This document shows positions 51,855-62,100 of a stretch of DNA of 64,000 bases, in pieces (position 1 is the first letter of the stretch; every line of letters begins with the position of its first letter). Below the pieces are notes generated by a model. That model ran no database searches. It was not told the origin of the DNA and was given only the letters and a program-made list of their open reading frames with translations. The DNA is from Planctomycetota bacterium. Lineage in GTDB: Bacteria > Planctomycetota > PLA2 > JAEUHO01. The stretch lies in NCBI GenBank assembly GCA_965223505.1, contig CBDCWP010000030.1, positions 32,001 to 96,000 of the forward strand, in the 5' to 3' direction. Made by a program: the position numbers and the translations under genes.

Positions 51855-52625
51855 ATGCAGTTCGAGGTCGCAGGTTCCGACGGTCGACCGGTCCGCGCCG
51901 TCGCGCATGGTCCCGACGACGCGCCCGCCGTTCTCGTCGCGCACGGCTTCAAGGGCTTCAAGGACTGGGGCATGTTTCCGTGGCTGTGCGACCGGCTGGC
52001 CGCCGCGGGACTACGGGCGATCCGGTTCGACTTCTCGCACAACGGCGTGGCGGTTTCGGACTTCGACCGGCTCGATCTGTTCGCGCTCGACACCGCGACC
52101 CGCCACCTGGAAGACCTGCGCGCGCTCGCGGGCGCGGTGAAGGGCCCGCTCGGGCTGCTGGGGCACAGCCGCGGTGGCGGTGACGTGCTCTGTTTCGCCG
52201 CCGAGGAGCCGCGCGTTCGTTGCGTGGCGACGCTGGCATCGATTGCGAGCCAGGACTTCGCGCCGCCCGACGCCGATGCGGTGCTGGCCGAGAAGGGCTA
52301 CTACCCGTTCCCGAACGCGCGCACGAAGCAGCTGATGCCGGTCGCGCTGCCCGCGTTCGAAGACGGCCGGCGGCGCAGGAACTCGATCGAAAAGGCGGCG
52401 CGCGGGCTGACGTGCCCGGCGCTGTTCATCCACGGCACGTGCGACGAGTCGGTGCCGATCTCGGCGCTCGAGCGCCTCGCGAAGTGGCGGCCGGACGCGC
52501 GGGTTCTGCGTGTGGAGGGCGCCGGGCACACGCTCGGCGCCGTGCACCCGTTCCAGGGCGCGACCGACGCGCTCGACGAGGCGGCGGACGCGCTCGACGC
52601 GTTCTTCACGGAGCACCTCGGCTAG
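51855..52625 (+). CDS. Alpha/beta hydrolase
   Basis: HGFKGFKDWG, GHSRGG nucleophile elbow, HGTCDESV, GAGH. Confidence 0.9.
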   Translation: MQFEVAGSDGRPVRAVAHGPDDAPAVLVAHGFKGFKDWGMFPWLCDRLAAAGLRAIRFDFSHNGVAVSDFDRLDLFALDTATRHLEDLRALAGAVKGPLGLLGHSRGGGDVLCFAAEEPRVRCVATLASIASQDFAPPDADAVLAEKGYYPFPNARTKQLMPVALPAFEDGRRRRNSIEKAARGLTCPALFIHGTCDESVPISALERLAKWRPDARVLRVEGAGHTLGAVHPFQGATDALDEAADALDAFFTEHLG

Positions 52626-52630
52626 CGGAC

Positions 52631-53443
52631 TCAGTCGGCGGCACGTTCGTCGAGGAACGCGGAGACGGCCGCCCAGTACCCGTCGTCCGGCGCATCCCAC
52701 ATGTCGTTGTGCCCCGTATCGGCGAGCTGCACCCAACGCTTCGGCTGGTGGGCCGCCTCATACAGCCGACGGCCGAACTTCATCGGGATGATGTCGTCGT
52801 CCTCACCGTGCAGGCACAGGAGCGGGCACTTCACGTCGCCGATCTTGTCGAGGTTGTCGAACCGGTCCTTGAGCAGGAGCCGCGTCGGTAGAAACGGATA
52901 GGCGGCGCCGCCGACGTCGGTCATCGATGTGTAGCCGGACTGCAGGACGAGAACGGGCGCTTCATGTCGACGGGCCATCTCGACGGCGACGCCGCAACCG
53001 AGCGACGAACCGAAAAGCACGGGTACCGGACGCCCGTTCTCTTTCAGCCACGCCATGCAAGCCTCGCCGTCCTGATACAGCCCCTCTTCGGACGGCGATC
53101 CCGTGCTGCCGCCGTAGCCGCGGTAGTCCGGCAGCATGACGCCGTAGCCCATCGAGCGGATGCGGCGCGCCCACACGAGGCGATGGCCGCGGTGTCCCGC
53201 GTTACCGTGGAACAGCAACACGTCCAGCGGTCGGGTTCCCTGCCAGTACCACGCCTCGATGGTCTCGCCGTCCGCGGTGCTCAACTGCAACGACTGTGCG
53301 CCCGACGGCGTGGCCGGCCGGCTCTCGTCCGGAAAGTAGATGAGCGAGCGCTGGATGAAGTAGACGAGAATGCAAAGCGCGAGGTACGCGCCCACGACCA
53401 TGGCCAAGACGCGCCAGACGACCGGCGGGACCGACGCCAGCAT
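52631..53443 (-). CDS. Alpha/beta hydrolase (ABHD13/BEM46-like)
   Basis: FHGNAG, DYRGYG, GSSLG, HGEDD, GHND. Confidence 0.9.
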   Translation of the reverse strand: MLASVPPVVWRVLAMVVGAYLALCILVYFIQRSLIYFPDESRPATPSGAQSLQLSTADGETIEAWYWQGTRPLDVLLFHGNAGHRGHRLVWARRIRSMGYGVMLPDYRGYGGSTGSPSEEGLYQDGEACMAWLKENGRPVPVLFGSSLGCGVAVEMARRHEAPVLVLQSGYTSMTDVGGAAYPFLPTRLLLKDRFDNLDKIGDVKCPLLCLHGEDDDIIPMKFGRRLYEAAHQPKRWVQLADTGHNDMWDAPDDGYWAAVSAFLDERAAD

Positions 53444-54585
53444 CAGGCGTCTCGATCCGCCACGTCTGTCGTTCGGAGCCTCTCGGTGATCGATCCGACC
53501 GCGTGTCGCACGTCGTAGCGTTCATCGGCGCGACGCGCGGCGGCGGCGCCGAGCTGACGTGCTTCGTCGCGCGACGCGGCGAGGCGCTTCATGCCGGCCG
53601 CGAGCGCGTCCGCGGACTCGTCGCACAGCACGCCCGTCTCGCCTTCAGCGACGATCTCGGGCAACAGACCCCGGCGTGTCGTGACGCTCGGCACCCCGAG
53701 GGCCATGCCCTCGCGCAAGGCGCGGCAGGTCGGATCGGATCCGGGCACCAGGAACACTTGCGCGTCGAGCCCCGCGAGCGTGGACGCGTACTCGGCGCCT
53801 TCCAGGTAGCCGGTGAGCGTCACCGAATCACCGAGCCCGGCCGCCTCGATCGGCGCGCGCGCGACGCTCTCGGCGTGTGTGCCACGACCGATCACGAGCA
53901 GATGGAAGTCGATGCCCTCGCTCACGAGCTTCGCGGCCGCCTCCCAGAGAAGCTCGAACCGGCGGTGCGTCTGCAGCCGCGCGACGATGCCGAACAGGAA
54001 CGCCCCGGCGGGCACCTCGAACCGCGACCGGACGTCGAACGCGCGGTCGACACGACGCTCGAGCCCCGCCACGTCGAGCGGCGGGTGAATTTGGAGCACG
54101 CGGCCCGCGTCGACGCCGGCGCGTAGCAGGCGTTGGTGCGCGTCGGCGCCCATCGCGACGACCAGCTCCGTGCCGCGCAGGGCGGCCGCCTCCCCCGCGG
54201 CGACGTCCGACGTGCCGTCACCGAACCACAGCCGCGCGACCGGCGGCCGACCGGCGGCGCGCGAGCGCAGCACGAGACGATGATCGTTGCGCAACGTCGA
54301 GACGGCGAGGTCGGGCGCCGACGCGGACAGGTAGCGCCGCATCTTCCCGGCGTCCCGGAAGTCCCGAATCGGGTGCCGGTGCTTGGCGAGGTAGGCGCCG
54401 GGGTCCTCGACGGGGAGCCCGCGCGCCTTCGCAGCGTCCGCAGCGAACGGCGACGCGCCGGCGGGCGGTCGCCCGAGGACGACACGCACGTCATGGCCGG
54501 CCGCCGCGAACGCGGCGGCCAGGTCGAGGCTGGGCTCGACCGGTCCGGTGCGTTTCCAGTTGCTGATCGTCCAGAGGATCTTCAT
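53443..54585 (-). CDS. Glycosyltransferase family 4
   Basis: GT-B fold C-terminal motif GSDPTCRALREGMALGVPSV...EGETG. Confidence 0.85.
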   Translation of the reverse strand: MKILWTISNWKRTGPVEPSLDLAAAFAAAGHDVRVVLGRPPAGASPFAADAAKARGLPVEDPGAYLAKHRHPIRDFRDAGKMRRYLSASAPDLAVSTLRNDHRLVLRSRAAGRPPVARLWFGDGTSDVAAGEAAALRGTELVVAMGADAHQRLLRAGVDAGRVLQIHPPLDVAGLERRVDRAFDVRSRFEVPAGAFLFGIVARLQTHRRFELLWEAAAKLVSEGIDFHLLVIGRGTHAESVARAPIEAAGLGDSVTLTGYLEGAEYASTLAGLDAQVFLVPGSDPTCRALREGMALGVPSVTTRRGLLPEIVAEGETGVLCDESADALAAGMKRLAASRDEARQLGAAAARRADERYDVRHAVGSITERLRTTDVADRDA

Positions 54586-56195
54586 TCGATGGGTTCGTCC
54601 ACGACGATCCGCTTCTGCGCCAGCTGCTCGGCGACGCGGCGTGCGATCTCCTTCTCACGTCGAGCGACGACCGGGTTCTTCGCATAGCGGCGGAACCAAC
54701 GCAAGCGATCCGTTCGCGTCACCACCAACGGGATCGACGCGGCGAGCTGTGCGAGGTTCTTGACTCGGCGACGCTCGTCCACGGGATCGTCGAAGAACCG
54801 GCAGCGGTCGGTGTCGATCAGATAGAAGACCCGCTTCGCGGGGTTCGCCGTGTCGACGCGCACGTTCACGCCCTTCAAGTCGCCGTGGTAGATGCCCCGC
54901 TCGTGCAGATCGCGAACCCAGTCGGCGCTCTGGGCGAGCAACGATCGCCGGGCGGCCGGCCTGCCGTCCCGAAACGTCTCGCGTGCCAGCGTGTCGAGGC
55001 GCGGAAAGGGCGAGACGTCCTGATACAGCGTGTACACACGCCCGGCCTCGCGCACGTACGCCAGCGGCCAGGGGCTGAAGATCTGGCGCATGCCCAGCCG
55101 ATGCGCGTTCTCGTACCCCTGACGGTGGCGATCGGGCGCCACCAGGTTCTTGACCCGGCCCGACCACCCCGCCGGGATGGTCTCCTTCACGACGACGTCG
55201 CCGTGGCAGGTGACGGCGCTCTTGCGACCGCGCTTGGCGACGCGGTGGTCGTTGCGCGTCATCGCGTCGTCGTGCTCCATCAAGGCGCGCGCGAGCCGCT
55301 CGGTGGACAGGCTCCGGCGGCGGAACCCCCTGCCTTCGCCGACCTCGTTCGTGAAGTCCGAGCTTTGGCGCACGCACCGCTTCGATCGGCTGCGAATGTG
55401 CGCGCTGCGCGCGGCCCGGGCCGCGACAGGCGCCCGCGCCAACAGAGCGCGGGCAAGCGGCGTGTCGCCGCCGCCGTATGCGCGCAGAACGGCCTCCCAG
55501 CCGGCGTCGCCGTCGTCGGTGGTCAAGGAGTACAACCACGGGCCGAGCGCGCGGATCCGCCGGCGCGTGGACATCGGCCTTCCGGTCGCAGCACGGTGGA
55601 GGTCGATGATGTAGAGCGCGCAGCGATCCCCGGGACCGGGACCGACGAGGATGTTGCCGGCGTGCAGGTCGCGGTGGTCGCAGCCGCGATCGTGCATCGC
55701 GCGAATGAGCCGCGCCGAACGCTCGAGCAGCGCCGCCCGCTTGGCCCGCGGCTGGTCTTCCGTCAGCGCGTCGTTGAGCTCACGCACACCGTCGAGGAAC
55801 GCGCCCACGAAAAATGAGCGCGACAGTCCGAGGCCCTTGCGCTCCTCTCCGTAGGCCCACGGTTCCGGAACCGGCAGACCGACGGCGTACATGTGCCGCG
55901 CGACGTCCCACTCCGCGCGCGCGCGACCGCGACGTACGCGCGACATGAGCTTCTCGAGCACGCCGCGCGCGTGATGCACCTTGAGCAATGCCGCTTTGCA
56001 GCCCGGCCACGCCACGCGACTGGTGACCCGATAGAGGTTCTCGCCGACGACGCGGCCCGCGCGGGCGGTCTTCTCCGGCGACGGCAACAGCTGCGTGTGG
56101 ATCGCCTTGTGGACGCGCTTGAGACCCTCGCCGCGGAAGCCCACGAGCCGGAAGGACGACACGCCCGCGGTACTGGCAGCCGCCGTCCCTTTCAA
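54582..56195 (-). CDS. Tandem two-domain Kdo/WaaP-family LPS kinase
   Basis: Two catalytic sets, HRDLHAGNIL...IIDLH and YHGDLKGVNV...LIDTD; start uncertain (TTG 56195 or GTG 56162). Confidence 0.8.
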   Translation of the reverse strand: MKGTAAASTAGVSSFRLVGFRGEGLKRVHKAIHTQLLPSPEKTARAGRVVGENLYRVTSRVAWPGCKAALLKVHHARGVLEKLMSRVRRGRARAEWDVARHMYAVGLPVPEPWAYGEERKGLGLSRSFFVGAFLDGVRELNDALTEDQPRAKRAALLERSARLIRAMHDRGCDHRDLHAGNILVGPGPGDRCALYIIDLHRAATGRPMSTRRRIRALGPWLYSLTTDDGDAGWEAVLRAYGGGDTPLARALLARAPVAARAARSAHIRSRSKRCVRQSSDFTNEVGEGRGFRRRSLSTERLARALMEHDDAMTRNDHRVAKRGRKSAVTCHGDVVVKETIPAGWSGRVKNLVAPDRHRQGYENAHRLGMRQIFSPWPLAYVREAGRVYTLYQDVSPFPRLDTLARETFRDGRPAARRSLLAQSADWVRDLHERGIYHGDLKGVNVRVDTANPAKRVFYLIDTDRCRFFDDPVDERRRVKNLAQLAASIPLVVTRTDRLRWFRRYAKNPVVARREKEIARRVAEQLAQKRIVVDEPIE

Positions 56196-56974
56196 CCTTC
56201 TCGCTCCGAGCGCACGCGGTCCCACAGCTTTGCGTACTTGAGGAACCCCGCGTACGCATGCAAGACCGCGAGGGCGAACCCCGCGCGGCCGTCGAGGAAC
56301 CCGAGTCGAACCACGTACATGTGGAAGAAACGGAAAGGCGGCCGTAGCAACATCGCCCAGAACGTCGCGCGGCGGCCGCGCTTGTAGAGCTCCTCGGCAC
56401 CGACGTCGGTGAACCGGTTCATCTGGCGCAGGTGGTCGCTGATGGAGCGATAGGTGAAGTGCTCGAGGTTGCCTTGGCGAATGCGGCCGACGTCGCCCTT
56501 CGCCTCGACCCGGTCGTGAGGGTCGACACCGCCCCAGCGCGCCTGGGCGCGGTGGAAGAGCCGGATACGCCATTCGGGGTACCAGCCGCCGTGCTTGATC
56601 CAGCGGCCGAGATAGAAGACGCGGCGCGTGACCTCGTAGGCGACGGGTTCGCCGTCGCCGCCGCGTTCGAGCGCGGTGGACTGCACCTTCAGGATCGCCT
56701 CGCGCAGCGCGTCGTCGACCCGCTCGTCGGCGTCGAGCGACAGGATCCAGTCGTGGCTCGCGGCGTCGACCGCCCGGTTCTTCTGCGCGACCCATCCCGG
56801 CCAGTCCGTCTCGATGACTCTCGCGCCGGCCTCGCGGCAGATGTCCTGGGTGCCGTCGGTGCTGCCCGAATCGACGACGACGATCTCGTCACAGAACGCG
56901 AGACTCGCGAGACACGGACCGATGCGGTCCGCCTCGTCCTTGGCGATGATGCACGCGGAGATCGGCGCCGTCAC
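56192..56974 (-). CDS. Glycosyltransferase family 2 (KdtX/WaaE-like)
   Basis: IIAKDEA, VDSGSTDGT, WILSLDADE, GFLDGRAG, FLKYAKL; GTG start in a GTGA overlap. Confidence 0.9.
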   Translation of the reverse strand: MTAPISACIIAKDEADRIGPCLASLAFCDEIVVVDSGSTDGTQDICREAGARVIETDWPGWVAQKNRAVDAASHDWILSLDADERVDDALREAILKVQSTALERGGDGEPVAYEVTRRVFYLGRWIKHGGWYPEWRIRLFHRAQARWGGVDPHDRVEAKGDVGRIRQGNLEHFTYRSISDHLRQMNRFTDVGAEELYKRGRRATFWAMLLRPPFRFFHMYVVRLGFLDGRAGFALAVLHAYAGFLKYAKLWDRVRSEREG

Positions 56975-57849
56975 TGTCGTGCCTCCGGCGCGCGCCACGG
57001 CCGCGCCTCGCCGATCAACCGCCACCAGATCGTTCGCAGCCACAGCCCCCTCCGCAGCCGGGCGCGCACGCGGTCGAGCCAGGCCGCCGCGGCCTCGCGG
57101 TTCCCCGCGTATCCCTCCAGGAAGCGCAGTGCCTCCCTGCGGCCGGTCTCCATGCCCTTCAGCCGGTGCTTTTCGATGGAGCGCCCCAAGCGCACCAGGT
57201 TGTTCAGCCTGTCTACGTCGTCGAGAGGCTGCTCGTTGGGATCGGCCTTGTCGAGGTCGATCGCGAGGACGGTGTCGTCGGGGGCGATCAAGAGGTTCTT
57301 GGGATGCAGGTCGGGATGCACCACGCCGGCGTCGTGCAGGCTGCGTACGGCGGCGCCCGCGTGCCGCAGGATGTCACGCGGGTCGCCATCGTCGCGGCCG
57401 ACGCCGTAGAGCCAGGACTCGAGGTCCACCGCCCCGTCGATCTCCCGGGTGAGCAGGAAGCCGCGCCAGCCGAGCGCGCGTCGCAGCACGACGCACCCGA
57501 CGGCTTCGAGGACCGGGACACCGACGGCCTTGAGCCGTCGGTGCATCACGAACTCGGACACGGGGCGCCAGGAGCCGCTGAAGAGCGTGCCCCGCACGTG
57601 CCGCAGCAGTCCGCCCTTGCGGTACGGACGCACCATCACGGGGCCGTGGTCGGTCTCGATGCGCGCCAGCGCGCCGCGCCCTCCCCGGCCGGAGGCGGGC
57701 AGGTCGTCGGGGCGGGCGGCGACCGCGCGGACCGCGACCTCGTAGCCCGGTAGGCAGACGAGGACCTCGGAGGCGTCGACACACAGCTCGACGCCGTCGG
57801 GGACGCCGTACCGGCGGCGTACGTCTTGGCTCGACGAGGACTCACCCAT
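56971..57849 (-). CDS. 3-deoxy-D-manno-octulosonate kinase-like protein (KdkA family)
   Basis: VRPYRKGGLL, HPDLHPKNLL, IDLDKA, NLVRLGRSIEK. Confidence 0.8.
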   Translation of the reverse strand: MGESSSSQDVRRRYGVPDGVELCVDASEVLVCLPGYEVAVRAVAARPDDLPASGRGGRGALARIETDHGPVMVRPYRKGGLLRHVRGTLFSGSWRPVSEFVMHRRLKAVGVPVLEAVGCVVLRRALGWRGFLLTREIDGAVDLESWLYGVGRDDGDPRDILRHAGAAVRSLHDAGVVHPDLHPKNLLIAPDDTVLAIDLDKADPNEQPLDDVDRLNNLVRLGRSIEKHRLKGMETGRREALRFLEGYAGNREAAAAWLDRVRARLRRGLWLRTIWWRLIGEARPWRAPEARQ

Positions 57850-57919
57850 TGCAGGGGCCCATGGTGCCCCAGAGAGCGACCGGGGGCGAACCTGGAAGCC
57901 GGTGGGCCCTAACGGGCGG

Positions 57920-58480
57920 TCACCGCGGACCGGCGCGGACCAATCGATGCAGGAAGGGCACACCCGGGCTGGGCTGCACGACCAACGTGTCTCCGTCGAT
58001 CTCGGCGGTGATGGGCGGAGGCTTGGGCGCCCGCGGCGCGCCGGGGGGGAGTTCGGGCTCGTCGGGCGTTTCCATTCCCTCGATCTCGACGGTATCGGTG
58101 TGCAGGGTCAGGCGCTTGCCCTCCCGACGCCACATGCCCCGGCCCAGGATCCGACGCTGGTCTTCACTCTCGATCTGAAGCTCGAACGAGCCGTCGGCGG
58201 CCAGGTCCAGGCGAATGCCCGTGTGCTCGGCCCTACGTCCGGCCTTCTCCCGCATTTCGGCGAGCAGCGTCTCGCGTGTTTCGGGCGTCCGATCGGCGGA
58301 CTCCGATTGCGCCCACGCCTCGCCCTCGGCCAGGAGCCCCTTCAGGTAGCTCTGCCGGTCGAGCTCGTACGTACCGGCCAGCGAGAGCGGCTCCTCGTCG
58401 GCGCTGCAGCCGAGCGCTAGCAGCGCGAACGCCAGAATGATCGCGACGCCGATTCGCGAACGCAGGTCAGTCGTCTGCAC
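57920..58480 (-). CDS. Hypothetical lipoprotein
   Basis: Lipobox LALGC, then LAGTYELD; GTG start at 58480 is inferred. Confidence 0.6.
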   Translation of the reverse strand: MQTTDLRSRIGVAIILAFALLALGCSADEEPLSLAGTYELDRQSYLKGLLAEGEAWAQSESADRTPETRETLLAEMREKAGRRAEHTGIRLDLAADGSFELQIESEDQRRILGRGMWRREGKRLTLHTDTVEIEGMETPDEPELPPGAPRAPKPPPITAEIDGDTLVVQPSPGVPFLHRLVRAGPR

Positions 58481-58961
58481 GGGGTGTCTCCATGATCCAA
58501 AGGCGGTCCGAACGGATCTCCACCTCGTACCCCTTCTCACGCACCTGCATGAGCACGTCCTCGCCCAGGATTCCGGACACGTCGTCTCTCAGCGGGTCGA
58601 GCACGAAGCGAGTGGTGAGGAATCGCTCGCGGACCTTTGCCGACTCGAAGTCCACGCCCGCGTGGGGCGTGATCGCGTCCAACACCTCACGTCCCGTCAC
58701 GACCCCTTCGACGACGAGGCGCGCCGCCAAGAAGCGACCCGCGAAGCCGTCGCTCGCCGCGTTGGTCGAATGTGTTGCATCGGGTTCGTCGGTGAGGTCG
58801 TGCACGAGCTCCTCCGGGCGAGCCGGAGCACGTGCATCGCCCGCATTCGCACTGTGGGAGTCCCCTCCCGGCTCGAGACTCGACGGCTGCGCTTCCATCA
58901 GCGCGACGAGCACGACGGCGGCGGCGCCGAGGAGAGTGAGTGCGATGAGCGCTGTTCGCAT
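58467..58961 (-). CDS. Hypothetical protein with N-terminal membrane anchor
   Basis: 164-aa ORF with hydrophobic N-terminus, overlapping the next gene. Confidence 0.55.
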   Translation of the reverse strand: MRTALIALTLLGAAAVVLVALMEAQPSSLEPGGDSHSANAGDARAPARPEELVHDLTDEPDATHSTNAASDGFAGRFLAARLVVEGVVTGREVLDAITPHAGVDFESAKVRERFLTTRFVLDPLRDDVSGILGEDVLMQVREKGYEVEIRSDRLWIMETPRADD

Positions 58962-59055
58962 GGGGCGTACAGCCTAGACACACCGACGTGGCGGACGTTC
59001 GTCATGTCGCGGCCGACGCGGGTGTTTCTTCGTGGTCCCGTGGTTGGTAGAGTGC

Positions 59056-59162
59056 GGGTCGAGGGGGGCGTCCCCCCCTCGGACCCTGTCGCCCCACGAA
59101 GTTTCGAGGTTCCCTGGGTGCGAGTAGGTCGTCGTGCCGCGGCGACGAGGCGCCGCGGCACG
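59056..59162 (-). terminator. Two strong GC hairpins downstream of the large lipoprotein gene (terminator or stability element)
   Basis: CGTGCCGCGGCG-ACGAGG-CGCCGCGGCACG at 59133-59162 and GGGTCGAGGGGGG...CCCCCCTCGGACCC at 59056-59086; no clear U-tract. Confidence 0.5.
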
Positions 59163-59173
59163 TCTCTGTCGCC

Positions 59174-62100
59174 CTAGCGTCCCGCGAACAGGACGTTGAG
59201 GCGGGCCGAGATGGCCCCGTAGACGCTCTTGGTCGTCGAGCCGTCCGGCTCGACCTTGACCTTGACCATCTCGAGGCTGGTCTCGTTCCCGGCGCCGGAC
59301 TTGTACGCGTAGTACATGTCCGTTCCGTTCGGAATGAGCGCCATCGACTCGCCGGCACGCCCGTTCGAGGATTCGACTCGCCGCGCGTCGTCGTTGAAGT
59401 CGAAGGCGCCGTGCAGCGAGCCGTTCGGCGTGTTGAACGAGATGTTCGAGATCAGCTGCACGCGCTCCGCGTCGTACTTCGAGTAGTAGTAGTACGCGGA
59501 CGTCACGTAGGCGACCTTCGAGCCGTCGTCGCTGACCTCCAGGTAGTGCAGTCGTTCCTGCGTGCCCGTCGAGTCGGGCGCCCACGAGGGATCGTGGAGC
59601 GCGGCCACCGCACCGCCCAGGTCCGCGTTGAACCCGAAGACGGCCGTGCCGCCGTAGCCGTAACAGCCGAGCCCCCACGTCGCGTGCACCGGCCCACCGA
59701 AGGTGGTGCTCGTCGTGGTGTACGGCCCGGCGTACTGGTACTGCGCGCCCCAGAACACGTCGCCCGTATCCCTCGCCATCACCTGGCGTGAGCCGCCGGC
59801 ATGACCCGCCGGCGCGTACCCGTACGAGTAGTTCAGGCAGTAGCCCGGATAGGCGTAGTTGCCGATGAACCCGCGGCGCGTGGGCCAGCCCGTGAGCCTG
59901 AATCCTTGTCCATTCGTGTGGCCGTTGATGGAACCCGCACCGAGCCTGCTGATGTTCCAGCCGACGAGCTGGCAGCCCGTGTTGGCCGAGGCCGTCACCG
60001 CCGACAGGTCACAGATGTAGAGGAAGTTCCGGTTGCGGGACAAGAACCCGCCGAACGGCTGAAGCGTCCCGTAGCGATCGTTCAGTCCCGACGTCGCCGA
60101 GGGGTTGAACGCGCCCGATCCGCTCGTGTAGGTCTGGATGTTCTCCGGAGAACCGCCGTTGGCCTGCGTGCAGGTCGAGCGCACCGACGACGTCGTGCTG
60201 TCCAAGTTCGAGCAGCTGTACATGGTCCCGGTGAAGTGCAACGACTGTTGGTAGACGTAGCTGTTGGTCAGCGTGTCCGTCGCGGGCGCACCGCCCCAGA
60301 AGAGCAACCCGTCGTTGTCGGCCGTGAAGACCAGCGCGCCGAAGCGCCACCGATGCGAGCCGCCGAAGGCGCTGGCCGTGACCTCCTTTTGCGTCGTGTT
60401 CGCCAACGTCGCCCAGCGATCCGCCGCAGTGGTCGAGCAGCATACGACGTCCTGCCGGCGCTGCATCAGCGTGTGGCTGCTGCTCGTGGCAGAAGCGCTC
60501 GCGTAGAAGCTGCCGGTGTAGTTCGTGTACGTGAACGCCACGCGCAGCCCGTCGTCGGAGATCTCCAGCCCCGTCGTCGGACCCGTGAAGCGCAGCCACA
60601 TGCCGTACTCGTTCGGTCCCACGCCGAGCGAGTACCCGCGACCGCCTCCGGCCGTCGCGTGACGAAGCGTCGACGTCGCCTGCCGGACGCCGCTGCCGTC
60701 GTAGTCGACCCACAGGTAGCTGCGGTAGACCGTCGTCGACAGGCTCGACGTCGAGTTGGGACCGGCCAGGATGGCGCACGCCATCCCGTTGCGGCTCACG
60801 CGGAACGGCAAGGGTGCGAGTGCGTTCTCCCTGAAGTTGGCCCCGTCCTCCCACCAGTAGCGGTGGTAGGGCCAGCTGCCGTACGTCGTGACGCTCTCGC
60901 GGTACGGCGACAGGTACCAGTGTTGGAACACCGTCTGGATCGGCTGGTTGGGCGCCTGCCAATTCGTCGACGTCCCGTCGCTTTGCGGCAACAGATGCGC
61001 GGCCGCAGCGCCGCTGTTCACGCCGTAGCGCATGATGTAGTAGCTCGACCACGACTGTAGGTAGGTCGAGGTCTGCGTCGCCATCAGGAAGTACAGGTTC
61101 GAGTTGGTGAGCACCAGGCTGTTGGCGCACACGTACCGACCGCTGGTCGATCCCGTCGCCGCGCCGCCGGGATCGACGATCCGGTAGGTCTGCCCACCGA
61201 AGATCTTCTCGCCGGTCAGCGAGAACAGCAGGATGCGCGAGCTCCCCGACGACTCGAGCTGGTTCGTCGGCGTCTGCTTGAGCTTCATGGCCGCAATCCG
61301 GCCATCCGGGCTCACCGTCATCTGAACGGTGCGCATCAAGCCGTTTTGCTGGCCGTCGATCTTGGACTCGAAGATGCCATCGCCGAAGCCACCCTCGCCG
61401 GGCGCGTTCGACTTCTCCATCGCGAACGGCACGTAGATCGACGCGTTCGATCGAATGATGAAGACACCGAAGCGATTGTCGCTCTCGAAGTGATAGCAAC
61501 GCCCGCCGTCCGCATAGATGCCCTGGTCCTTGTCCTCGACGACACCTTGCGCGTCGGGAAGGTCCACCGCCGAGCAGGACGGCTGCCAGTTGGCGTGACG
61601 ATAGTAGTAGGGTCCATTTTGACCGTAGAGCGGATAGGACGAGTTCGGATCCGAATGCTGGAACGGGCGCGCGCCGTTCACGTTCAACCCGTTCGTGTCG
61701 TCCCACCATCCCGAGGGATTGATGGTGCAGCGCAGAAGGTCGAGGTCTGCGTCGCCTTCGGACGTACCCGACAGGAGCGCACCGAGCTCATTCGCGGCGC
61801 CGCCGACGCCCGCAGCCGCCGGCAGGGTCGTTCCGACCGTGAGATCGGTGTCATCGAGCGGCGACATGATCGGCGCGCTGGAGAGCGCCTGGAACTTGCG
61901 AATCCGCTGCTGGTTGTCGTTGGGCTCGTGTCGCTCGAAGTACGAGTAGTAGTTGTAGATGCCCGTCCAGCTCTGCTGGCTGTGCGTGACGATCACCACG
62001 TCCGGGCCGACGCTGATCGTCGCCGTCGCCGATGCGCTCTTCGACGGGATCTCGTAGTCCGTGACCTCGAAGTCGAGCGGCTTCGGACCTTGCCGCTGGA

